A stretch of DNA of 64,000 nt, from assembly GCA_002269645.1 (NCBI GenBank), contig NIVC01001908.1:124001-188000 (forward strand), read 5' to 3'. Source of the stretch: Macrostomum lignano (lineage: Eukaryota). The notes beneath the pieces are model-generated. The model saw nothing but the letters and a program-made list of their open reading frames with translations, searched no databases and was not told the origin of the DNA. Below are positions 39,348 to 52,077 of this stretch, piece by piece. Within the stretch, counting starts at the first letter, position 1; each line of letters starts with the position of its first letter. A program made the position numbers and the translations under genes.

Positions 39348-39620
39348 AAAGTGACGCTGACCGCTTCACTGGCTGGCTGGCTGTCGGCCGCAACCGCCAT
39401 GGTGCTATTAATCGGCTTTGGCATCTGGGCCTGGCACTCCTGGCACTACAGAGCCTACACGTCGCCGCTGCGCCGGCTGCTCCGCCGGACACCCTTGCAC
39501 CAGCTGCCGCGCTACTCCAGCTGCAACGTCATCGACAATCCGGTGCGCCTAGACCAGCCCAACAGCCGGCGACCGAGCGGTCGCAGCTACCAACAGGCGG
39601 CTGAAGCTGATGGCGACTAG
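39348..39620 (+). CDS. Transmembrane mucin exon 2: TM helix and cytoplasmic tail
   Basis: 85-nt intron ending GATTCAG at 39347, phase 0; KVTLTASLAGWLSAATAMVLLIGFGIWAW then basic HSWHYRAYTSPLRRLLRR; TAG at 39618-39620. Confidence 0.82.
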   Translation, partial: KVTLTASLAGWLSAATAMVLLIGFGIWAWHSWHYRAYTSPLRRLLRRTPLHQLPRYSSCNVIDNPVRLDQPNSRRPSGRSYQQAAEADGD

Positions 39621-40388
39621 GCGGTCAACTGACCATTCAGTTGGATGATTCTCGTTGATAAAGCTCTTGTTGACCATCGAATTCTCGAGTGAATTTCTTT
39701 GTGTTTGAATTCACTACTCGGTGGTAAACTCTTGAATTGGCCATTTCGTAACCACCAGTCCATGTCAGATTGTAACCTGGAATGTCATTTTTTCAGCGTA
39801 GTGAACTCGTAGTGTAATAGAATAAGCATGCCAATTCCCGCTTGATTTTGACCAATAACTGCAGCCTTCTCGCTATCACGAGCGTATATTATATAACAAT
39901 ATTTCAACACGATAAATTCTACCGTGCCATTTGTATGAAACATTCGCATCCATCCGACTCTAACTCCGTGCTCTGAGTCTCAGATGAAGCGTCAGAAATG
40001 TTTTGTCTGGAATTAACTGCTCTGATTCTTCTCAAAGCTAAAATGAATCACTGTGAACGCATTATCTACTCGTAATCTTTTTTCTGAAATAAAACCTGTC
40101 AAAATTAGCCGTGCACTTTGCTTGAAAGAGCCGATGAAGACTGGAGAATAACCTGAAAACACAGCCAGGTCTCAAAGTGCAGAGACTACAAGAGCTTATC
40201 TTCATAGCTTCTTATGTGGACTTTGATGTATTGTGATTCAAATTTAAATGCTAAATAAGGCAGGTACTCCAATGAGTCGGGCAGGTTAAGGTTGAAGGTC
40301 ACTTGCCAAATTAGGTAATGCATTTTCATTCGGCTGCTTTTTGGCGCTAAAAATAGAGCTCGTCGACATACTGAGATTTGGAGTCATA

Positions 40389-41364
40389 CGAGGGTCATCC
40401 CAAAAGTTTCAGCAAACGCCTATTAATTTTCAACAAACCAGTGTCAGAACAATGAACATGTCAAAAACCTTCAAAATAACTTCCGTTGACTTGAATTGTG
40501 CGCTCCCAGCGGCCAGGCAACTTCTGAACGCCGTCAGCAGCGCCGGATTCGCACAGGTCTTTCGCAATGCGGCCGACCTCGCTGAACAGGTCATCCAGGC
40601 AATGGAAACGACGCCCTCGGAGCTGGTTCTTAAGCTTCGGAAAAAGGTCAAAATCGCAGGGACTGAGGTCTGGGGAGTAAGGAGGATGAGGCAGCACCTC
40701 CCACTGGTAGTCCCGCAGTAGGTCCTGCACAATGCGGGCTGTGTGCGAACTGGCATTGTCGTGCAGAAGGAGTGGACCACGTTCCAGGGTCTGTGGCCGC
40801 TTTTTGCGCAAGGCAGGCCGAAGATGGTGAATAATGAAGCTCGACGAGGGGATTCCGGACAGCTCAGCCATTTCTTCGCATGTCCAACGGCGATCGATGT
40901 TCAGCAGCCCTTGGATCAACTCGATGTTCAACTCTGTGCGAGCTTCTTTTGGCCTTCCTCGTCCTCGACATCATCCTCGACATCAGAGCGGCCATTCTTG
41001 AATCGACTGTACCAGTCGTACACGGCTCGCTGGCTCATCGCATTTGGCCCATGGGCCTGCAGCAACTGACGGTGAATTTGAGCTGCAGGGACACCACGAA
41101 GACATTCCGTTTTATCAAGCAGCGCTCATGTATGAGCGCTGCTCCAAGTTCGACGGAAATTCCATTTTATTGTTGTCGGCCGATGTTTGATTTAGTATCT
41201 CACAAAATGTTCTCTAGAAAACAGAATTTTGCAGCTAGAATGCTAAAAACTTACTCAGACACCCAAAATATGCTCATCTTTCGTGTGGTATAAGTGCTGT
41301 AGTCCTAAAAGTTGTCTATGGCACAAAATCATTCGATTGCTGAAACTTTTGGGATGACCCTCAG
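40389..41364 (-). mobile_element. Mariner (Tc1/mariner, D34D) element, internally deleted and non-autonomous
   Basis: ~27-bp TIRs: CGAGGGTCATCCCAAAAGTTTCAGCAA at 40389 and its reverse complement (with one extra A) ending at 41364; flanking TA at 40387-88 and 41365-66; HDNA..(34)..D with YSPDLSPCDF. Confidence 0.95.
40461..41165 (-). pseudogene. Mariner transposase pseudogene (frameshifts; WVPHEL linker and first catalytic Asp deleted)
   Basis: N-terminal HTH (IHRQLLQAHG..VYDWYSRFKNGR, RGRPK) is out of frame with ORF 40461..40931; the second HTH is fused to the HDNA region at about 40838. Confidence 0.9.
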
Positions 41365-41449
41365 TATGTAAATCTGATGAGACTAGCTAGTTGACTTAAG
41401 CAATGGCAAAATTTATATTTAACCGACATTACAACAGTCAGAATCGAAG

Positions 41450-42200
41450 CGTGAGTGGTCAAACTGTTGCTGCACTTGTTGCACTACATCTGCGCACATG
41501 ATTGATAATTTGGAAGCCTCGCAGACCAGACTGTCAGTCGCGTCCTGTGCTCAAGCATGGGCTGAGTATTATACATGTAATGTGTTCGATAAAAAGCCCC
41601 GCGGACTACTTGAAAGTAAGGTAAGTAAGTTCTGCGGTAAGTAAGGAAAAACTTCGAGCAAGCTGGCTGGGTAAACAGCGTCACCCAGTTGGCACGTTTG
41701 GCAAACATTGTAGGAATGCGATGCTGTCCCCCAAGCCGTTTCTTCCTGGCAGAGTCAACCGGTGCCCCCCAGTCCGGCCGAGGTCCTGTTGACTGCATAG
41801 CAACCCTCCCCCCCCTCCAAAAGTCGGGTGCGCGAGGGCAAACTGGAGAAAACACTCGTCAAGTTGGCATATGATTTGTCCCCCCCCCATTATTTTTGCA
41901 GAGACTGGGACCAGGTGACAGAGAACAGAGGGAATTCCCAGTCACATGCAAGGCGACAACACATCAGATAGAGAATGCAAGGCCAGAGGCTGCCAATATT
42001 GCTGCATATCGGGCCTGCACGCAAGAAGTACTGCTTATAATGATAATAGAGTGCCAACTACAAAATTTAGAAGACAAAATGACGGAGCCAAGGTTACTTG
42101 AGTAGTTCTTGGACGGAGCCTCCCTAAGGATGCAAGCAAATGCACGATGGAAATTATTCAAACCGATGTATTCAAACAACAACAGAAATTCTTGCCAAAT
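41450..42200 (-). mobile_element. Possible decayed Merlin/ISXO2-like transposase fragment
   Basis: Minus-strand GGGQIICQLDECFL resembles Merlin GGxGxIVQIDESxF, preceded by a GS..SK and a DW motif in broken frames. Confidence 0.3.
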
Positions 42201-42694
42201 ATCAATAGAAGGGTGATTTGAAGGTCTCACAGAATTCTCGTGGTAACAGATGAAGATAAAAACCGAGCACTTTAGATATTTTATTGTTCAATCCCGTGTC
42301 CCGCCTCCTCCTAAAGTCTCCGCCTCAGCCGGGAGGGCGAGAGTGACGGCATCTCATATCGAAAAATCCAATTAGCAAGCCAAGGCCTTGGCGAGCGCAC
42401 GTTGGCTAATTCCGCTTTAGGTTTCCCCTTCTTATTTCTTTCTGTTTCATTCGCCCGCTTGGAATATGAGTTTTCCAGCTGAATAGCAGACACAGTTTGG
42501 CGCGGCCGCGCCCCGAGGGACTTTGAAATTCGTTCCGTCCAGCCGTCGGAATATGTGATTGACTTTTCTTTGTGTCCGAAAAGCGAACGGAGGGGAATCT
42601 GTTTGTCTGCTCCGATGAAGTGGTTCTTCATTATCAATAGTGCATTGGCCGCGCGAACTCTGTGCAATGTGGTACGTCGGATCTGCTTACCGTT

Positions 42695-43452
42695 TACCAC
42701 GGAGAGTCAGACGCGTTTATCATGGAGAGTCAGACGCGTTTATCATGGAGAGTCAGACGCGTTTACCACGGAGAGTCAGACGCGTTTATCATGGAGAGTC
42801 AGACGCGTTTATCATGGAGAGTCAGACGCGTTTACCACGGAGAGTCAGACGCGTTTATCATGGAGAGTCAGACGCGTTTATCATGGAGAGTCAGACGCGT
42901 TTACCACGTAGAGTCAGACGCGTTTATCATGGAGAGTCAGACGCGTTTACCACGGAGAGTCAGACGCGTTTACCACGGAGAGTCGGATGGGTTTACCACG
43001 GAGAGTCAGACGCGTATACCACGGAGAGTCAGACGCGTATACCACGGAGAGTCAGATGCGTTTACCACGGAGAGTCAGATGCGTTTACCACGGAGAGTCG
43101 GATTCGTTTACCACGGAGAGTCGGATTCGTTTACCACGGAGAGTCGGATTCGTTTACCACGGAGAGTCGGATTCGTTTACCACGGAGAGTCGGATTCGTT
43201 TACCACGGAGAGTCAGATGCGTTTACCACGGAGAGTCGGATTCGTTTACCACGGAGAGTCGGATTCGTTTACCACGGAGAGTCGGATGCGTTTACCACGG
43301 AGAGTCGGATTCGTTTACCACGGGGAGTCAGATGCGTTTACTAAGGGGAGTCAGACGCGTTTACCACGGAGAGTCAGACGCATATACCACGGAGAGTCAG
43401 ACGCGTTTACCACGGAGAGTCAGATGCGTTTACCACGGAGAGTCAGACGCTC
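42695..43452. repeat. 23 bp minisatellite (GGAGAGTCAGACGCGTTTACCAC), ~33 copies
   Basis: Period 23 measured (42701, 42724, 42747). Confidence 0.97.
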
Positions 43453-44257
43453 TGACCCCGATGCTTAGCAGCCATGTAATTAAATATTTTGGTTGGAAAC
43501 TTGGTAATTCTAGATGAGTTACGTATTGCTTTTCGATATAAATTGCCTCTGATGCGCCAATTCCTGGTACCGGTAGCTACGCTCGTGCCAGTAAGATGAC
43601 TCCACACAACTCCGCATATACTGACGAAGCCATCTTGATCTAGAAAGCCAAAATCAACATTGTTTTTATCTATCACCGAGCAGGAAGTGAGTGAAACAAG
43701 GACTAACACACCCAGTTGGCTTACCATGACTTGGGAATACATGTAGAAGTGCAACTTCCAAGATCTGCTCCCGAGCAGCCGCAAAGATGTCTGCCAAATT
43801 GCAATCGAAATATTTATACTTGCCCAGTAATCAATATGCAGATGGATACGTGCGAGGGCAGTAGCTAAGTAAACAGTTTTTTAGATACTATCCGCTCTCT
43901 AATCCTATGGGGAATCCCGCGGTCGTCGCAATGTGACTCACTTCCCCCATCGCCGTCACCAGATGACAGTAATTATTTTCCTCGCCTTTCGTATTTTCAG
44001 AAATGTTTTTTTTCTATTGGAATTGCCTGTAGCCGCGAATACAGTTTTTCTCGCGCGGTTTATTCAGATTATCACGCGGTCAATAAGGGATGTTTACATT
44101 TATGCTATATTTAAGGCAAAACAGTACTCTGAGTGCAAAAAGCCATAGTCATTATTCTACAATTGAACATGGGCTTCTCCTACTTGACTCTGAGGTCTTG
44201 ATCCCTACGTATATTGGCCTTCCCAACTGTCTCTGGACTCCAAAAACAGTAATTGAT

Positions 44258-44860
44258 CCTAATCTTCCGGCTTTACCCTAATCTTCCGGCTTTACCCTAA
44301 TCTTCTGCCTTGACCCTAATTTTCCGGCTTTACCTTAATCTTCCCGCTTTACCCTAATCTTCCGTCTTGACCCTAATCTTCCGGCTTGACCCTAATCTTC
44401 CGGCTTTACTCTATTCTTCCAGCTTTACCCTAATCTTCCAGCTTTACCCTAATCTTCCGTCTTGACCCTAATCTTCCGGCTTGACCCTAATCTTCCGGCT
44501 TTACTCTATTCTTCCAGCTTTACCCTAATCTTCGGCTTTACCCTAATCTTCGGCTTTACCCTAATCTTCGGCTTTACCCTAATCTTCCGGCTTTACCATA
44601 ATCTTCGGGCTTGGCCCTAATATTCCGACTTGACCCTAATCTTCCGACTTGACCCTAATCTTCCGACTTGACCCTAATCTTCCGGCTTTACCGTAATCTT
44701 CCGTCTTTACTCTAATCTTCCAGCTTTACCCTAATCTTCGGCTTTACCCTAATCTTCGGGCTTGGCCCTAATATTCCGACTTGACCCTAATCTTCCGGCT
44801 TTACCGTAATCTTCCGGCTTTACTCTAATCTTCCGATTTGACACTAACCTTCCGGCTTGA
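44258..44860. repeat. 19 bp minisatellite (TAATCTTCCGGCTTTACCC), ~31 copies
   Basis: Period 19 measured. Confidence 0.95.
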
Positions 44861-47521
44861 GATGATTTTTCATTTACCCCAAGACAGTTCTTTATAAGAA
44901 TTTTATAGCGCTCCAATATGCTCAGTATTATTATATGCTATTTGTTCTAGATTTGTGACAAAAGATGAAGTACAGTTCTCGGTTCTGGGTACTTTTGCAC
45001 TTTTTCTCTCTGTCTCTCGTTCTCAACGTACCGCAGTTTCCCGGGTCAAGATGACCGAGTGAGGGCAGCAGCCAGGAGGGGGGTTGGTGATTCAGGCCAC
45101 TCTAAGTTATAAGAACGAATTGCCGGGCTTGGTCTTGGGGATTAGGTCGTCAAATAATTCAGCTAGCAAGTTTGAGTAAAACTGTGCGGAAATATTCAGT
45201 AAACTGCTGAGAGAGGAAGAATGGAATATCGAATGTTTGGTTGAAGTACATTGATTTCATGGAAATGTTTTCGATGTCAACCCTCCCTTCTGTCGGTGTA
45301 CATAAACAACAGAAATTTCCTTTGTAGCATTTGTCAAACAGAGCTTGATAAACTTGTAAATCAATCAATCTATAGCCATTAAAACTGCACCCAAACCTCG
45401 TGTGACACCCACTTGACATTGTCAGAGCTCAGCTAAATCAAATGATGAAAGCAGTTGGCTCTTGAGTACAATTTTACCAACTCAAATAAATTACATTTTT
45501 TGTCAACTGTATTTCTACGCAAATCGGAGTTGGTTTATAATTAATTGCACTTTTGTCCCAAATTTAACGGCATTCAACATTGGAACTCCCGGGGGTGAGT
45601 TTTAAATTTTCCATAAATAAATATAATTATGCGAATTTTTATCAACCTCCTAGCCTCCTAGTCTTCCCTGGATAGTTCAGCGACTTTTGTTCTTTTTAGG
45701 CAATTGCTCGGTCCGCGCAGGATTTGGCCGGCTCAATTTCCTGAACGGCTGCTGGTTAATCCCTCCGGAAGACAAGTGGATTAAAAGATCAGGCGCCCGA
45801 TACAATTTCCGAATTTTTTCTCTGCTCTACCAAAAGAGAAAATAGGCTTGGTTAAGTGAACCAGTGTCAGGTCGGAGATGCATTGCTCAGGCAATTAGTT
45901 CCACAGATTTTTATCTGGCCGAAGCTGAAGACCAACGAATTCGGCTTAGCTCATCTGCCGTGACGTCAAACGCAGGAACAGGCGATTTTTTAGCATAAAT
46001 CCCGCAAATTCGAGCAAATTCAACGAATGCCTGGACTGGCTGACCAGCTTAGCTGGGGCCTATTTTCTCATATTTTAGAATCATCTTAGTCTGGTATTTT
46101 GGTCAACTGCTCTTTGCAACCGTCTCATCAGGAGACTACGGTAAGTAGTAGGGCGGTAACGTCCCCAACTCTGCGAACGATTGCAAGTTGACCTCACGCA
46201 CAATGAGGGTCAGCCTCAAAGCTACAGAATGTGTACTTGTGGGGAGATGAGAGAGTCACCCTGTTTTACCTGTTGCTCTTCGTCAGCGCACGATGTCAAC
46301 CTCAATCCAAGCATTTGAGGCTCAAAATAATACTGTTTGAACTATATATTAGGATCATTATGCTGCGGTGAAAGTCCAAAGTTTTTAGGATTATTATAAC
46401 AGGAGAGCCTGCATATCGTCACAGGCCTCATAGTGATATCATCGCGCACTGCAATTAAGGTCTGACTTTATTTCAACTTACAGATCCCCCGACTGCTGAT
46501 CGTCCTTTTTAGGCTGTCTGTCTGCCCCCCTCATTCACTCAAAACTTGTCCTTCCTCAATTAAAAAATCCTTTTGAGCAAATCATTCCTTCGTCTGGGCG
46601 ACAGCACCGCTGCCCTGCAGTGCGTGCCTGAATTTTTCTCAACAGCAGCCCAAGTCTGCTGTTCAGCTTCAGACTAACAGTGCTCACTTTCTTGGCTTGG
46701 TACGGAAACTAACTTCTCTTCTTTGAGCAGCAAATTACTTTTTTTACGTTCGCTGATTGGCATGCGTAGTAATAAATCATTCCCCAATTGTCGGACGCTG
46801 AGCTGAGCTGAGCAAATGTGAGAGTGCTGTCAGCTGTCACAAAGCATTGGTGACGCTTTACTTGGTTGGTATTGACTGGCGTGTGAGAGGGACAATATTA
46901 ATCGATTCTTAGTAACCATCAACTGCAGCCAAGCAAAATACAGAATATTTGGGAAACAAGGTAGAAGTACTATTACTAATGATGCTACATAGAAGCTCTC
47001 AAATCTGTTTTTTACAGGTATAGGAAATAAACAAACTCACAGCGCATTCTGTAACACCGGAAATCAAATAGCTGAACCATTACAAGCGCAGTGATTCTTG
47101 GAGCAGACACTTGGGGTGTCGGCACAGACACTGGCTCTGGCCAGTTCACATGATATCATCTGTACACGGATTTGCACTTAAGCTGCCGCACTATGGTACT
47201 GTACATGTATACACTGAGTAAATTAAATTAATATTGAGTGACGGACAAGTGACAGACAAGTAACGCAGCGTTCGTACACAGTGCAAATATTTTCATCAAA
47301 ATTGACAGCGAATCTAACAATACATGTAGTTTATACAGTACAAATAGTTCAGCATTCGATCAGTTTACCAAAGTGAGTCACGCCTTCTGCAAGCGATAGG
47401 CTCTTGGTGTGATGATGCCTAGTTTGTTAATGTGCGCTCACGATAAGAGACTCGGTCGAGGCACTGGAACTCGAATAAAAATGGTACGAATAGAAGAGAG
47501 AAAACGGAGTTTAAATTTCGG

Positions 47522-48016
47522 TTACACTGCGGTGCTGTCCTGGTAGTCCCTGTCAATTGTTGGAATGTCATCATTAGCAACTGCCAGTGGGCCTCTGTCG
47601 CAGCAGTTATTCGTTGGCTCGACTGGCAACAATTGTTGCTGCTGTTGCCGCTGCAGCCTCCGCTCCCGTCGCTTTTGCTTCATCTCCTCCTGAGTCCGGG
47701 CCAGGAATCTGGGCACGAAGATTTGCACAAACACATCGCGAAACTGAGAGCTCATGCCGTAGAGCCAGAAGAAGTTTGTCGCCGAGTTGAGAATCACCAG
47801 GATGTCCATCACGTTGCCGACTTGCCTGTAGATGGTGTTGAACACGCAGTCGTCAACAGCGGCAGCCAGGTTGAGGCAGCCCTGTGGGAACTCAGTGACG
47901 GTGAAGCTTGTCACCACAGCAACCAGGAGCACGGTGGTGCGGGTGTTCTCGCGAAGGCTGCGCGCCTCCCGCGCGCGTACTTGCTCGGACTTTAGACGCT
48001 TTCGACGCTTGCGCAC
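47522..48016 (-). CDS. Class A peptide GPCR (myosuppressin receptor/DmsR-like; possibly the flatworm PROF1 group), exon 2: ICL3, TM6, TM7, C-tail
   Basis: Acceptor CCGCAG|GTG at 48016; ENTRTTVLLVAVV..TEFPQG and MDILVILNSATNF..MSSQFR are typical of this family; TAA at 47522-24. Confidence 0.9.
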   Translation of the reverse strand: MRKRRKRLKSEQVRAREARSLRENTRTTVLLVAVVTSFTVTEFPQGCLNLAAAVDDCVFNTIYRQVGNVMDILVILNSATNFFWLYGMSSQFRDVFVQIFVPRFLARTQEEMKQKRRERRLQRQQQQQLLPVEPTNNCCDRGPLAVANDDIPTIDRDYQDSTAV

Positions 48017-50391
48017 CTGCGGATTATCGTTGAAGTTTTTTCAATTGTTTATATGTTGTGTTGTTCATAAAAAATAATGCCAAAGTAGATTCGACCATCT
48101 TCAGCAACAACCCAAGGAAGGGAGTCAAATCTGTCCTCTCAGTAGCATACCATCGAAGTTGCCCCAATCTGGGAATTTTGGTCAAACAGATCCCAGACGT
48201 TTTTTGTTTTAAAGGACATTATTTCTACTGCTGATCGTTAAAACTTCTACTGAATGGAAAGTCACTTAAAATTGCCATTCAACTTTGAAGAGGCTCACTG
48301 TGGGCTTTTGCTGAGCACTCTACCATCTGGTTACTTTCTATTTATACTGTGCGCTCACTGCTCCAGGAAAACGCTAGATTGGGGAAGAAACATCGATATT
48401 TATACCAGAGAGAGAAGTGCAAGAGATGACGGAAAACTCTGCCTCTTCTCGCCAAAAAATTATCGATTCCTGCAACACTAAAAACAAGAATAAGTAGAGC
48501 TGGTGCCCTCGGCTTAAGTAGTCCGTGTCTCATTGCACAACAGCTACAAATATTTTTGATTGCAGCTTTCACCTTGCGCTCGTAAATACTCGGAGGTTCT
48601 CATTTTGCACATAAGAGACGAGACGTGAATGTAAACGACAATGAAAAGCCAGACTCAAATGGATTTAACACTAAGACAATGTCTTCTGCCAAACTCAATA
48701 TCTCGGCAACTGAGACTTAAAGTAAGCTTTTATCTGCCTTTACGCAGCTGCCTTCACTAGTTTTCATCACTGCTCATCATCACTGCCATTATCAAGATTC
48801 GACAGGTAAAAGTGAGCGCTGAAGGTTGAATCGGGTGCACTTCGTCCCGTTGAATCATTAATAATGGACAAGACTATCTGAGCTTATTCTCAATAAGAAA
48901 TATCTCTAGTAAGTAAAAATAAGAGAGAGAGTGACTTAGACATAGAGGGTAGTGGTTGCTGGGCAAACATCTGGCATAGAAGTCACAGGAAAGCGCGATC
49001 TGGAACCCAAGCTCGGGTGGAAGAATGGATTGGTGTCGTGACTTCAGTCCACAGCTCGTTATCCACTTCCGCTGCACACCCGTCCTTGGCTCTCCCCATT
49101 CTGCTCTGTCACTGTCTCTCTCCTCCCCTTCGTGCGGGATTCGGTCTCCTCTTAGAGTACTCAGAATTCACTTTCTGGATGATGAAAGTGTCCGAGAAGC
49201 CGCTTGAGCCGCTTGCTTTTCATCAGTCATATTTTAACAAACCCCCAACTCCGCCCTCGATCTCACTCGCTGCCCAGAGCTTTTCTGTGGGGGCTCTCTC
49301 TGTCCCGACGTCTGTCGCTTCTGGCTTCTGCTCATAGCGTGCGATCCCATATAGCTTATCCGCACTTCGTTGCGGTTAATTTTTTCCCGATCTGAGCTGA
49401 GCGGCGCTTTCTGTCAAAAGGTATTTCCTACCCAGCAGGTACTGTTACTAATGCGCGGGTTGCTCACCTGTTGCTATCTGTAATTTAATTTGCAATGTCT
49501 TTGCTGCCAACACTAGGAGAATCTGACGATTCCGAGTTACCTCTACAAGCATTCACCTGTCCATCAATTCCGAATACAGCAAAGATGGCAGAACTTGTGG
49601 CTTGAGCGACAAGAAATTAGAAAATTTAATTTGATGGGATAATGTTTCTTGGAAGATTGAAGAATTCGAAGGATGGTCTGTTTGATTTTTGCTTCCTACG
49701 CAATCGGGCATTTAATTTCCTGGGTTGCAATTTTTTAAGCCCAGGATTAAATGGCCACCAGATCCATTTCCCCATGCCAAAGATCTTCCAAACAATTTCG
49801 AGACTAATGAATGTTCCTATTTCGGAACTAGCCACCCCTTCAAGTTCAGATTACAGCATCCGGTTTAAAAAGTTGCTAATCGGCTTATCTCGGCTAGAAA
49901 AAGTCGTCACGTGACTCAGATTTCTTGCCTCAGAGTTGGAGAAATCGGTTGGCAAGTCACTCGATTGTCGACAGAATTTTCTCCAATTAAATTTCGCGCT
50001 GAGTAGTCAAATAAAGTATGCCTAATGCCTGTCTAACTGATTCTAAAGGGCTCAGTTCACTACGCCAGACTGAACGAACCGCTGCATTGCACATTATCTG
50101 TTTACGGGGCATGAAAAGACAGGATAAATGGCAGGCAATAATATTATTACATAGAAAAGCTGTAGGTCGGCTACTATAGGCCAGTTCACTTAAGTGGTTA
50201 AGCGAGCCCTCTTCTCTACAAGCGTTGATGCGGAAACCGAAACACAAACATATCGGTCACTGGCCCATTTTCCGACACTCGCTCTGCACTTTTGCTTCAC
50301 TGCAGAATAGGCAATGTTCAGGGCGCAGTTTTCTGCATAAACAATTTATTTTGTGAACTTTGCTGCGGAAATAGAAAAGTTTACGACTCAC

Positions 50392-51234
50392 CTGCTGCAG
50401 CGTGTAGAGCAGCATCCCGCTGAAAATGCAGTTTAACAACGAACTGGTCATCTTCACGAAGATCCCATAGATGTACATGTTTAACGTCTCAATGTGCAGT
50501 TCCTCGACCCAGTCGTACAGCTTGAACCACCAGCTGTCCGTACCCTCGGCTCCGCAGTTGATCATCTTGTAGATGAGCGAGTTGGGCATGGTGGCCAGCA
50601 GGGACACCACAACGATGCCCAGCAGGCAGCAGCGTGCTCTCCGCATGCTGCACCAGGCCGGCCCGTCTGTCGGGAAGTAGACGGCTACGAAGCGGAAGAA
50701 AGCCAGCGCCACGGTAAACAGCGTGCCAATCACGTGGCCTACTATGGACACAACGTTGTGCACCAGAATGAGCAGAATGCCCAGGCGGGAGTGCCCGCCG
50801 TCGGGGCTGGGCTCGCTCAGCACGTACAAGTACACAGCATAGTAGGTATAGGAGGCCAGTTTACCGATGTCGCACAGAGCGATGCAGGTCAGAATCAAAT
50901 TGAATGGATTTCTCATCGCCTTCCTCGTGAGCACCACACAGACGATGATGTTTAGCAGGATGCCAATCACGCAGACGCTGCTGCTCAGGTAGCCATGGAA
51001 TTTTGCCATGTTGTGCTCCAGGCTCTCCAAAGCGCTAAAGTTGTAGCCGCTGCAGTCGCGCTTCGGCTGATCGATGTCCGCCCCGCTGCTGTCGCACCCG
51101 ACGGTGACGCTGCCGTTGAATGCGCCGATTGATAAGTCGATGCTGTCGAGACCGCCGACCGTGATGTTGCGAAGGCCGAAACCGGCCGTGCTGACTGCCG
51201 AGGCTCGGCTTGGCAGGCTGTACTGCCGGGTCAT
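50392..51234 (-). CDS. DmsR-like GPCR exon 1: N-terminus, TM1-TM5
   Basis: ATG at 51234; FHGYLSSSVCVIGILLN..VLTRKAMRNPFNLILTCIALCD; LFTVALAFFRFVAV; donor CAG|GTGAGT at 50391, phase 0. Confidence 0.92.
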
Positions 51235-52077
51235 GCTGATTTGGCTTTGCGCTAGCGATCTGGGGTCAGGGGCTGTGGCCAAATTGTTTTACTTCTTCGT
51301 TTACCTTAACTAGCTTTGACTGAACTTCGGTTCAAATGTTCGCAGAGGAGCGAGTCGTTCGTGTGCCTATGCATCTCTGTTGCTATATCCTTATATCTCT
51401 GCTTCTCTGCTAGAACCGATTCCTGACCGCTCTGCAATTGGTCCATCCGTTCCAAGCCACTTCTTTCCATTTTTTCACTCCCCCTCCCTCTAGCTGGCGC
51501 TCCCTCAGCTCCCAGAGTGTCGTTCGCGGAGCCAGTCCGACAACTCCCCGTGCTGTCACCAGCCCAGCCTCATCCTCCCCCGCACTTTGCGTTTTCCCCG
51601 GAGGTCTGAATGTCCAAATCCAGCGCTTCCACCGCGGCAGCAGTGCAAGAGGCGGCCATCGTTTCACCAAACAGTAGCGCAAAGCTTCAAAATGGGAACC
51701 AAGGCCAAGGGAATACATGCGGTGCGTTGGTCGAAAATGCAAGCGCTGACACGGGAAGCCCGTGCGACCGCATGGAGTTGGACGCAGCGAAATTCGCGAG
51801 AGATAAGACGTTGGGAAGAATTTTTTGCCAGGTATGTCCTGAAAAGTACTTTTCGTCAGGATGCAGCTGTTGGACGACCTCTTTCTGTTTTGAACGTTGG
51901 CCTTCAATGCAAAAGCAGAGTAAAAATCCACGAATTCAATACTGAAGCAGTGATTTACCGACGTCAATATCTGTGTATCTGTGATACGCAGTGTTTCGAC
52001 CGCTTGGTTTGTTCCATTCAAAAACAGATTACGTTTCAATTTAGACAAAAAATTTCTTCAATATTTCCCTTCTTTTG

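Noticed and set aside
39263-39604. C-terminus of the 989-aa ORF
   Set aside because: Read-through of the 85-nt intron into the wrong frame; the spliced frame gives a proper TM helix and tail
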